Assembly: GCA_965200295.1 (NCBI GenBank)
Contig: OZ241347.1
Coordinates: 3,141,727-3,205,726 of the forward strand
From: Gammaproteobacteria bacterium
GTDB lineage: Bacteria > Pseudomonadota > Gammaproteobacteria > Eutrophobiales > Eutrophobiaceae
DNA length: 64,000 bases
Reading direction: 5' to 3'
In this document: positions 18,501 to 25,389 of the stretch, one piece after another
Position numbering within the stretch: the first letter of the stretch is position 1
Layout: each line of letters opens with the position of its first letter
Notes under the pieces: model-generated
Seen by the model: the letters and a program-made list of their open reading frames with translations, nothing else
Databases searched by the model: none
What the model was told of the DNA's origin: nothing
Program-made: the position numbers and the translations under genes

Positions 18501-21470
18501 CACCGGCGGCCCGTCTGCCGCCACCGGCGCCGCGTCGTTGTCACGCACGGTGGCGGTGGCTTTAGTATCAGCTAAAGTGGCCTCGCCCGAGTTGCTCAAT
18601 ACAATACCGAAGGTCTCGTTGCTTTCTGTATCGCTGTCATCAATAGTGGGCACCGTGACGGTCTTGCTCAGTTCGCCGGGCTGAAACACCAGCTGCTGAC
18701 CTGGCCTGGGAACATAGTCGCTGCCTGCCAGCGCCGTGTCGTCCACTATTTTCCAATCTACCTGCACCGCACGGTGCCAGATCTTGTTCAGGCTGATCGT
18801 GAAGGTGGCCGTGTCGCCCTCGTCCACGGTCACATCAGCTACGGAGAGCGTGGGTGGGGACTGATCGTCTTCCACAATGGTGGCGCGGGCATGCAGATCC
18901 CTCGGCAACACATCGACAAGGTTGTCCAGGCGCACAATAAAACCTCTATTTCCCGTATAGATGTCATCATCGAGCGTCGGCACCGTGACCGTTTGGCTCT
19001 GCTGGCCGGCCGGGATGATGAGCTGCTGCCGTGACTGACCCGTGTAGTCAGTACCGGCCCGGGCGCTAGCGTCCTGCGTGTACCAGGACACGGTCACGTC
19101 TCGGTCCGGGACCTTGCTCAGGCTGATAGTGAACACCGCCGCATCGCCCTCGGCGACGGTAATGTCATTGATAGAGATGGCAGGCGGGACTGATTCGTCT
19201 TCCACGATGGTGGCGCGAGCTTGCAAAGCCCCTCCTGTTGCGCCGCCGAGGTCGTACAAGAGCACCAAAAAATCCCGATTTCCCGTGTAGATATCATCAT
19301 CGTGCGTCGATACCGTGAATGTTTGACTCTGCTCACCGGCCGGGATGATGAGCTGCTGCCGTGACAGGCCTGTGTAATCGGCGCCAGCCTGAGCGCTGTT
19401 GTCGTGTGTTTTCCACAACACGGTCAGGTCCTTGCTCCAGGTCTTGTCCAGACTGACGGTAAACTCCGCCGCGCCACCCTCGGTCACGTTGATATCATTG
19501 ATGGAGATGGTGGGCGGGGTCGGTTCGTCCTCCAGAATGTTGACGGGAGCGCTGATTTTTCTTACGGGGTAATGCGAGTCGGTGACAGCTTTGAGGGCGG
19601 CGTTGATCGGATCGGTTAAAACAACACTGAACGACCTGTCCCCCTCGTAGATGTCGTCATCGTTGGTCTGTATCGTGACGGTAATGCTCTGCTGACCGGC
19701 CGGGATGGTGACGACTGCGCCCGGTTGTGCCTGGTAATCGCCCACAACATTTCGCGCGGAGCTGTCGGTAGCCCAGGTAACCTGCACATTACGGCTGGAG
19801 ACCTGGCCCAGGCGGATAGTGACCTGCGCCGTCTCGCCCTCAGTCACCGTAGCCCCGTCAATGTAAATCTGTGGCAACGGATCTGCATCCAGCACCGTCA
19901 CCGTGCTGACACTGTTGCCCAGCACGGCGTTGACCGGGGCGCTGAGCGTGACGGTGAAGGTTTCGTCAGCTTCATCGATTTGATCGGCCGCAGTGGGCAC
20001 GGTGATGACCTGATGTGTCTCCCCCGGCTGGAAGGTGACTGTGCGCGCCGTGGTCACGCCGGTGTAGTCCGTCCCGGCCACAGCCGTCCCGTCGCTGGTG
20101 TGCCAGTCCACCGTCACCGTCTGTGCCGATGCCTCAGACAGTGTCAGCCGCAGTTGCGCCGGCTGGCCCTCGGGCGCTTGCACATCGCTGACGGACACCG
20201 TGGGCAGGGTACTCCCGAACACGAAGTCCGTCGCCGCCAGCGTGACACCGGCCTGCCCGCTCAGGGTAATGGTGTTGCCGGACCCGGCGTCGATCACTAA
20301 ATCCTGACTGCTAGCGCTGATACTCAGATCGGCGAAGACCAGGCCGGTGTTGCGTAAGTCAATGACATCCGTGCCACGGGTGAAGTCGGTAATGGTATCC
20401 GCGCCAAATCCGGCCAGCCGGTAGCGGAACACATCAGCGCCGGCGCCGCCGGTCAGGGTGTCATCGCCGGCGCCGCCATCCAGCACATCATCCCCGGCGC
20501 CACCAGCCAGGGTATCGTCCCCACCGTTACCGACCAGGGTATTGGCCGCGTCATTACCGGTCACGTCATCGGCGCCGCTGCCGCCGATGAATTTCTCAAT
20601 CACCGTGTCCTTGTAAATTACCATGGCGCCCTTGGCGCCGAACACATCGGACACGGCGCCGGGCCGTAAATCCACCCGACTGCCGCGCACCGCGCCGGAA
20701 TAATCAAACGTGTCACTGCCGCCGTCGTCGATAATCGTGAACGTCACCGTAGCCCGACTTGACGACGGCGTGATAGCCTTCATAATCCCGGCAATTTTAT
20801 CGAGGTGCCCACCGGCGTTGGAATTAAAGCCATACACGGTATCGCCGGTGCGGATGGCGTTGCTGTCGCCGTACAGCTTCTCAATGGCCAGGATGTCGGC
20901 GGGCATGGGCGTGATCGGATATGCCTTAGAAGCGTCCAGCGCAGTGTTCTCCAGCTGGTCGAAATAGGACATCGCTGTGGTTTGGTAACTGTCATTCACG
21001 AATTTATTGTGCGTGCCGTAGTGGGCTTCACCGTTGTAAGGGCCGGGGTGTCCCAGGCCCAGCGCGTGGCCAATCTCGTGAATGAATACAAAGAGCGCCT
21101 GGTTCTGGTCGGCGCCGAAGTTGTAGTAAAACGTGTGGATGTTAATGAGGACATTCAGCCAGCCACCCGTCCCCCAGGCAATCGCGACGGCCCAGGCGCC
21201 AAGCGAAGTATTTACGAAAACGAGGCCGCGGTCGTTACTGGGATCGTTGTCGAATTGCTCGGTACGAACCTCAGTGAAGGTCAGGCCCGTGGCCTGCGTC
21301 CAAGCCTCGAGGGCCTTGCGCGCCAGAGCTTTACCGGAGGCGTCCAGACGCGTGATGTCCACCGGGATGGGCTTGTCTTTGGATGTGGACCATTTGACTC
21401 CGGAACCGACCCAGGGGCCGTCGATCAGGTAATCGGCGATCTGGTCCAGCGTACCAACAGACTTACTCAT
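15537..21470 (-). CDS. 1977-aa serralysin-like M10B zinc metalloprotease with RTX and Calx-beta repeats
   Basis: HEIGHALGLGHPG zinc motif, AMSY Met-turn, GGxGxDxL nonapeptides in two blocks, many TADGTA.AGSDY / DE.DETFTVTLS Calx-beta units. No signal peptide, consistent with type I secretion. Confidence 0.92.
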   Translation of the reverse strand: MSKSVGTLDQIADYLIDGPWVGSGVKWSTSKDKPIPVDITRLDASGKALARKALEAWTQATGLTFTEVRTEQFDNDPSNDRGLVFVNTSLGAWAVAIAWGTGGWLNVLINIHTFYYNFGADQNQALFVFIHEIGHALGLGHPGPYNGEAHYGTHNKFVNDSYQTTAMSYFDQLENTALDASKAYPITPMPADILAIEKLYGDSNAIRTGDTVYGFNSNAGGHLDKIAGIMKAITPSSSRATVTFTIIDDGGSDTFDYSGAVRGSRVDLRPGAVSDVFGAKGAMVIYKDTVIEKFIGGSGADDVTGNDAANTLVGNGGDDTLAGGAGDDVLDGGAGDDTLTGGAGADVFRYRLAGFGADTITDFTRGTDVIDLRNTGLVFADLSISASSQDLVIDAGSGNTITLSGQAGVTLAATDFVFGSTLPTVSVSDVQAPEGQPAQLRLTLSEASAQTVTVDWHTSDGTAVAGTDYTGVTTARTVTFQPGETHQVITVPTAADQIDEADETFTVTLSAPVNAVLGNSVSTVTVLDADPLPQIYIDGATVTEGETAQVTIRLGQVSSRNVQVTWATDSSARNVVGDYQAQPGAVVTIPAGQQSITVTIQTNDDDIYEGDRSFSVVLTDPINAALKAVTDSHYPVRKISAPVNILEDEPTPPTISINDINVTEGGAAEFTVSLDKTWSKDLTVLWKTHDNSAQAGADYTGLSRQQLIIPAGEQSQTFTVSTHDDDIYTGNRDFLVLLYDLGGATGGALQARATIVEDESVPPAISINDITVAEGDAAVFTISLSKVPDRDVTVSWYTQDASARAGTDYTGQSRQQLIIPAGQQSQTVTVPTLDDDIYTGNRGFIVRLDNLVDVLPRDLHARATIVEDDQSPPTLSVADVTVDEGDTATFTISLNKIWHRAVQVDWKIVDDTALAGSDYVPRPGQQLVFQPGELSKTVTVPTIDDSDTESNETFGIVLSNSGEATLADTKATATVRDNDAAPVAADGPPVAYIHDASAPEGEALHIEVTLSHAASAAVSVVWEAFGLSATGGVDYTGSTRGTVSFEAGETRKTFTITTVDDAVAEPHETVAVLLHSPNGVILGRSSGTGIILNNDDLPTVSISDVTVTAGDEAAPVVRLSHATVGHVQLLWTASDGQWGRVQIPAGGTEQALQVQTTDTGLTLTLSHVMGATHGDTSGEITVTAPGTTPAPSDPDPAHPYATLIADVRGYAAEAGNGDEHITRWNRVLKALGETDAAFASLDSMTAAEAKTYADKGWARWDPVVTALTEIEAQQPPEPATPPPPPPVVAIADVSVTEGDTAQFTVSLDKVWTSDVTVDWTTADGTATAGSDYTATSTAQTLTIAAGQQSATITVATTDDSLDETEETFTVTLSNPTAATLGTATGTATLTDNDAPPVLSIDDVSVTEGDTAQFTITLDAVSSKDVTVAWATADGAATAGSDYTARTGQTVTLAAGQQSATITVATTDDSLDETDETFTVTLSNPTAATLGTATGTATLTDNDAPPVLSIDDVSVTEGDTAQFTITLDAVSSKDVTVAWTTADGTASAGSDYTARTGQTVTLAAGQQSATITIATTDDSLDETDETFTVTLSNPTAATLGTATGTATLTDNDAPPVLSIDDVSVTEGDTAQFTITLDAVSSKDVTVAWTTADGTASAGSDYTARTGQTVTLAAGQQSATITIATTDDSLDETDETFTVTLSNPTAATLGTATGTATLLDNDDPPPPPPPPADPLADLIADIRGYMAETEHGEAHVERWQRVLKTLGETDAAFADLPLMTAAEAKTYANRGWERWDPVVTVLTELEAQAQPTDDDTTPDSDSDTDTLPVIDGLTITGTVGDNIIRGSAANDRLNGGAGRDQLYGEGGDDILDGGAGVDVLNGGPGNDVLTGGPDGDFFYLYGDSGHDVITDLYSKAGTKDTLFFRNVAFTDKSDMLANFVEEQGDDLVIYTDTAREHGVTLENFLADGWDTSDLNVAIS
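16325..17450 (-). repeat. Near-identical 327-bp tandem repeats (about 3.4 units) of a Calx-beta domain
   Basis: Near-identical shadow ORFs at 16446, 16773 and 17100 (327-bp period). The 109-aa unit is repeated in the protein. Confidence 0.93.
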
Positions 21471-21548
21471 GGGTAACTCCTCTCCTCTTGGCGATTGTCC
21501 GGCATTGTTTACAAGACGCGCCGTCAGCGCCTTGCAGGTTCATTATAA

Positions 21549-21699
21549 GGCCACCTCTAAAAATTAGAGGTGGCCGTGCAGCATAAGGATATGCTGCCAT
21601 TTTTAAGCACGTAAGTGCTTGAAAATGAAGGAAACGAAAAATCACACTTTTTCGTTTCCGTCTCTAAAAATGCCACGGAGGGCATTTTTAGAGGTTACC
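21549..21699 (-). mobile_element. MITE-like five-hairpin repeat, full copy (151 bp)
   Basis: ggccacctctaaaaa ... tttttagaggttacc. ATAA duplicated at 21545-21548 and 21700-21703. Confidence 0.92.
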
Positions 21700-21715
21700 A
21701 TAACAACTCTCAACA

Positions 21716-21744
21716 TTGAATCCCGAAAAGCGTTGTACTATAAT
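21716..21744 (+). promoter_or_regulatory. Putative sigma70 promoter for the sctF-sctL operon
   Basis: TTGAAT-17 bp-TATAAT. Confidence 0.6.
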
Positions 21745-21794
21745 GAACGCCCGCAGCAGGGTGACGATAAGGTGCGTCGCCGGCGGAGATCGAA

Positions 21795-21838
21795 GGCCAC
21801 CTCTAAAAATGCCACGGAGAGCATTTTTAGAGGTTCCC
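21795..21838 (-). mobile_element. 44-bp single-hairpin short form of the MITE
   Basis: ggccacctctaaaaatgc-loop-gcatttttagaggttccc. Flanks CGAA/TGAA. Confidence 0.8.
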
Positions 21839-21870
21839 TGAACCGAAACGAGCAACGTGAGGAATTTGCA

Positions 21871-22095
21871 ATGACCAGCTTGAATGTTACCACCATCGTT
21901 GACACGGTCAACAAGGGCATCAGCGCCCAGACTGATAAAATTGCCGATATGTTGAATAATATGGACGTAACGGATCCCACTGCAATGCTGAAGTTGCAGG
22001 CGGTGGAGGGGAATTTTGAAGCATTGCTGAAGATGTCTTCGGCGATGGTGTCTGATTTCAAAAACACCGTTACCAGCATTGCCCAGAAGGCCTGA
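21871..22095 (+). CDS. sctF: T3SS needle subunit SctF
   Basis: 74 aa from ATG 21871 after GAGGA. Helix-turn (TDPTAMLKLQ)-helix ending S..V..FK.....IAQK. The longer 21619 start is a MITE artefact. Confidence 0.85.
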   Translation: MTSLNVTTIVDTVNKGISAQTDKIADMLNNMDVTDPTAMLKLQAVEGNFEALLKMSSAMVSDFKNTVTSIAQKA

Positions 22096-22111
22096 GCTAC
22101 GGCGCCTGCTT

Positions 22112-22516
22112 ATGATTGATTTTAACGAAGAGCGCCACCGCGACGCCTTGTCGCTGATGCTGGAACTGGGCTTTACCTGCGCCTACACCGGTTACTCCCG
22201 GGAATGCGCGCAGACACTGATGGACGCGCACAAGGCCGCGCGCCCGGACGGCCCGGCGAGCACGCTGGGTGAAGCGCTGCTGCTGCTTTGCTTCGATAAC
22301 AACGCGGCGGAGGCAGTAACCGTGCTGCGGCGCACCGGCATCGACTACCGTGACACACAGGCAGATCCCGACATCGTCTCCATGCTGGCATTCCTGCTGA
22401 TGCATGCCGGGCACAAGGCTGAGGCGGAAACGATAGCGCAACACCTGCTCGATCATGCTGATGACGCTGGCGCCTTGCGCATGGCGCGCAGCATACAGGA
22501 TGAGCTGAGGCACTGA
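22112..22516 (+). CDS. Needle co-chaperone-like TPR protein (EscG/SsaH/HrpB1-like)
   Basis: LMLELGF..A..G...A...RP...LGEALLL pattern, directly after sctF. Confidence 0.6.
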   Translation: MIDFNEERHRDALSLMLELGFTCAYTGYSRECAQTLMDAHKAARPDGPASTLGEALLLLCFDNNAAEAVTVLRRTGIDYRDTQADPDIVSMLAFLLMHAGHKAEAETIAQHLLDHADDAGALRMARSIQDELRH

Positions 22517-22559
22517 GGGCGCCCCCGTCGGGGCCGGACCCCGAGTGCGCCGGTGAGCA

Positions 22560-23324
22560 ATGCAGGTCAGGTACTTGGCAATTCTGTTGCTCCTGCTTGC
22601 GGGTTGCGGCAAGGTGTCGCTGTATAACAGCCTGACCGAGCAGGAGAGCAATGAGATGATGGCCTTGCTGTTGGAAAACGGCATAGCAACAGACAAGACC
22701 GTGGCCAAAGAAGGAATCATTATCTCCGTGCCCAAAAGCCAGGTGCCGTTGGCGGTGAACCTCCTGCATGCCCACGGTTACCCCTGGGAGCGTTACACCA
22801 ACGTCAACGAGGTGTTTGGCGACAGCGGTCTGGTCACTACTGATTTTGAACGCAAGGTGCGGTTTAACTTCGCCGTTTCCCAGGAAATTTCCGAAAGCCT
22901 GTCCAAAATTGACGGCGTGATTTTTGTCAAGGTGCACTTGTCCATGTTGGAGGCAGAGGCCGGCAGGAGGCAAGCCGGCCCCAACCGGCAGCCGCACCCG
23001 GAAAAACTGTCGGCGGCGGTGTTCATCAAATACAACCCTGAATTCAATCTCGATAGTGAAATTCCCAAAATCAGGCAACTGGTTTCCAGCAGCATCAATA
23101 ATCTGGCTTACCAGGATGTCTCCGTCACTTTATCGGCGGCGGCGGGAAGCAACCCGGTAGAAGTGTTTGCCGAGGACGGGTTGCACACGGTGCGCGGGGT
23201 CAACCTGAAAATAGAAACCGCCTCGGTCGGCCGATTCTATGTGCTCGTCGGCTTGGTCGCGGCGCTGATCGCGGCGCTGGTTGCAGGCATCGTGCTGTTG
23301 CTGCGCCGGCAGGCAAAACAATGA
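22560..23324 (+). CDS. sctJ: T3SS inner-membrane ring lipoprotein SctJ
   Basis: Lipobox LLAGC, LY..LTE.E.NEM.ALL..GI, SQEI..SLS.IDGV...VH, C-terminal TM helix. Confidence 0.95.
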   Translation: MQVRYLAILLLLLAGCGKVSLYNSLTEQESNEMMALLLENGIATDKTVAKEGIIISVPKSQVPLAVNLLHAHGYPWERYTNVNEVFGDSGLVTTDFERKVRFNFAVSQEISESLSKIDGVIFVKVHLSMLEAEAGRRQAGPNRQPHPEKLSAAVFIKYNPEFNLDSEIPKIRQLVSSSINNLAYQDVSVTLSAAAGSNPVEVFAEDGLHTVRGVNLKIETASVGRFYVLVGLVAALIAALVAGIVLLLRRQAKQ

Positions 23325-23345
23325 TGACGCGGCAACCGGCGACAA

Positions 23346-24083
23346 ATGAATTACCCGGCAGCGCCCATGGCGGCTGACACTCTGGCAACGGCGGTTGTCA
23401 GGTTCAACCTTGATCCGGTTTCCTATTGTCATGCCAGCTGGTGGCCGCACGGCGGGGCGCCGGCACAACTGTTCCGGCAGGCTGTAACGGCGCCGGCGGC
23501 GGCCGCAAAACTCTCACAAATAATCTTGCGTCATTACGGCATAGACGCGCAGTTTGATTACGATTTCGAGCAACCGTACAAACGCGTTGCCTTGCTGCCC
23601 TACCCGCAGCAGAAGCGCCTCATATACCTGCTGGGCCTGGTGGTGTACCGGGCGCGGTTGGCCCCGGTCATTGCCGCAGCACAACAGCGGCGGCTGCTGC
23701 AGGCCTTCGGACCGGCGGATTATGCCCTGGCGCTGCGCCTGCCGTTGCGCCACAAGTACGCGTCCGCAGATTTTTTGCCGGCCTTGCCGTGCGACAACCT
23801 GCTGCGTTGCCGCGTGCTGGTGTACGCCGCCGGGCTGACGCTGTTGACCAATATACTGCAACAGGAAGCCGACGCATATAAACGGCGGTTTTATTTTACC
23901 TGGCCCAAACCACTGGCATTGCGGCGTCTGGCCGCGCGCCACGGCGCCGCACATGCGGGCCCGCGGCGCTGGTCGAGTCTGGAAGATTACGCCCTTTATT
24001 GCAGCCGCCACCTGAACGACCCGGCCCTGGTCGATGAAGGTCGCAAACTGCTCGGCGCCCTGCTCGCGCCGGAGGACGGTTGA
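23346..24083 (+). CDS. sctK: T3SS sorting-platform protein SctK
   Basis: RFN.DP..YCH.SW motif and position between sctJ and sctL. Confidence 0.7.
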   Translation: MNYPAAPMAADTLATAVVRFNLDPVSYCHASWWPHGGAPAQLFRQAVTAPAAAAKLSQIILRHYGIDAQFDYDFEQPYKRVALLPYPQQKRLIYLLGLVVYRARLAPVIAAAQQRRLLQAFGPADYALALRLPLRHKYASADFLPALPCDNLLRCRVLVYAAGLTLLTNILQQEADAYKRRFYFTWPKPLALRRLAARHGAAHAGPRRWSSLEDYALYCSRHLNDPALVDEGRKLLGALLAPEDG

Positions 24084-24700
24084 GCATGGCCGAATTTTCA
24101 TTACCGGATTACCGCGACCGGATTACGTTTGATCGCAAAATTATCAAGGCTGAGGATTATCGCCTGTGGCTGGACGCGCGGCAGTTGCTCAACGAGGTAG
24201 CGGAACAGCAGCGTCAGGCGCAGGCGGCGCAGGCGGAGGTCTATGAGCAGCAGGAAAAAGCGGGTTATGAGGCGGGGCTGAATCAGGCCAAGGCGCAGGA
24301 GGCGGAGTTGATTTTTTCCGCTACGGCCCAGGTTATCGACTATATCTCCTCGATAGAGCAAACGCTGGTAAGGATCGTCATGACGACCTTACGCCGCGTG
24401 CTCGATGACTATGACGACGCGGAGCTGGTCACCCGGCTGATTAAAAACGGCCTGCAACAATTTCGCGATCAGGCGAATATCAAGATCCAGATACCGGCAA
24501 ACGCCGAGGCGCCGCAGCTGCGCGCAAAAATCCGGGAGGCCATGCAAGCGGCCGGGCTGCCGGCCGCGGAGATCATTGAAAACGCCGCGCTCAACGGCAC
24601 GGGCTGCCGTCTGGAAAGCGACATGGGCAGCGTGGATGCGAACCTGGACATCTTCCTGCAGGCCATCGAAGCAGCGCTTGCGGAGCACTTTGCCGGCTAG
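24080..24700 (+). CDS. sctL: T3SS stator SctL (YscL/HrpE/FliH)
   Basis: KIIKAEDY, GYEAG, CRLESDMGSVDA.L motifs. Confidence 0.92.
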   Translation: MSMAEFSLPDYRDRITFDRKIIKAEDYRLWLDARQLLNEVAEQQRQAQAAQAEVYEQQEKAGYEAGLNQAKAQEAELIFSATAQVIDYISSIEQTLVRIVMTTLRRVLDDYDDAELVTRLIKNGLQQFRDQANIKIQIPANAEAPQLRAKIREAMQAAGLPAAEIIENAALNGTGCRLESDMGSVDANLDIFLQAIEAALAEHFAG

Positions 24701-24716
24701 CGTCGGCGCTTATAAT

Positions 24717-24867
24717 GGGAACCTCTAAAAATGCCCTCCATGGCATTTTCAGAGACGGAAATGAAAAAGTGTGATTTTTCATTTCCTTCATTTTCAATCA
24801 CTTGCGTGATTGAAAATGGCGGCATATCCTTATGCCGCACGGGCGCCTCTAATAAATAGAGGCGCCC
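24717..24867 (+). mobile_element. MITE-like five-hairpin repeat, full divergent copy (151 bp)
   Basis: gggaacctctaaaaa ... tagaggcgccc. TAAT duplicated at 24713-24716 and 24868-24871. Confidence 0.9.
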
Positions 24868-24869
24868 TA

Positions 24870-25319
24870 ATGAACAGTCAGTGTTTGCAGTTGCTAAGTG
24901 AGTTCTGTGCCAGACATGGCCTGCCTACGCCTGAGCCTGATGCACGCGACCACTACCAGCTCGGGTTTGACGGCGTCGAAGTCAGTCTGTTCGAGGAGCT
25001 CGGCAAATTCTACGTGCTGGCTGAGGTGGCGCCCCTGCCGGCGCAACCCGAAGAACGAGAGCGCCTGATAGAAAAGTCATGCAGCTACCTGTTCAACTAT
25101 CTCTACCTTGACGAGTGCATCCTGAACTTGTATAGTTCAGGGGAAGAAGAGCATCTGGTATTGGCGCTGGTCCTGGTTGATACGGACCCGTCTGCACCGG
25201 ATGTTTTTGAACAACAGCTTGCAGCATTGGTGAACCGTGCGGAAGCCTTGACCGCCCACCTTGCCGAAGCGCCACGGCCGGCTGCTCCCGGCGGTGGCTT
25301 CACCATCTTCAGGCCCTGA
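24870..25319 (+). CDS. Class I (CesT-like) T3SS chaperone
   Basis: LL.EFC...GLP....D...Y.L.FD and FE..L..LVN.A motifs. ATG at 24870 (24810 start lies in the MITE). Precedes the SopB-like gene. Confidence 0.75.
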   Translation: MNSQCLQLLSEFCARHGLPTPEPDARDHYQLGFDGVEVSLFEELGKFYVLAEVAPLPAQPEERERLIEKSCSYLFNYLYLDECILNLYSSGEEEHLVLALVLVDTDPSAPDVFEQQLAALVNRAEALTAHLAEAPRPAAPGGGFTIFRP

Positions 25320-25320
25320 A

Positions 25321-25364
25321 GGTAACCTCTAAAAATGCCTTCCATGACATTTTTAGAGGCGCCC
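25321..25364 (+). mobile_element. 44-bp single-hairpin short form of the MITE
   Basis: ggtaacctctaaaaatg...catttttagaggcgccc. TGAA duplicated at 25317-25320 and 25365-25368. Confidence 0.88.
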
Positions 25365-25389
25365 TGAACATAACGCAGGATACAGTACT

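Noticed and set aside
21619-21870. N-terminal extension of the needle ORF, and similar MKxKExKNH.FSFPSLKMP ORFs at 24591-24797 and 39678-40103
   Set aside because: These are translations of the MITE sequence; the real needle start is 21871 with an RBS.
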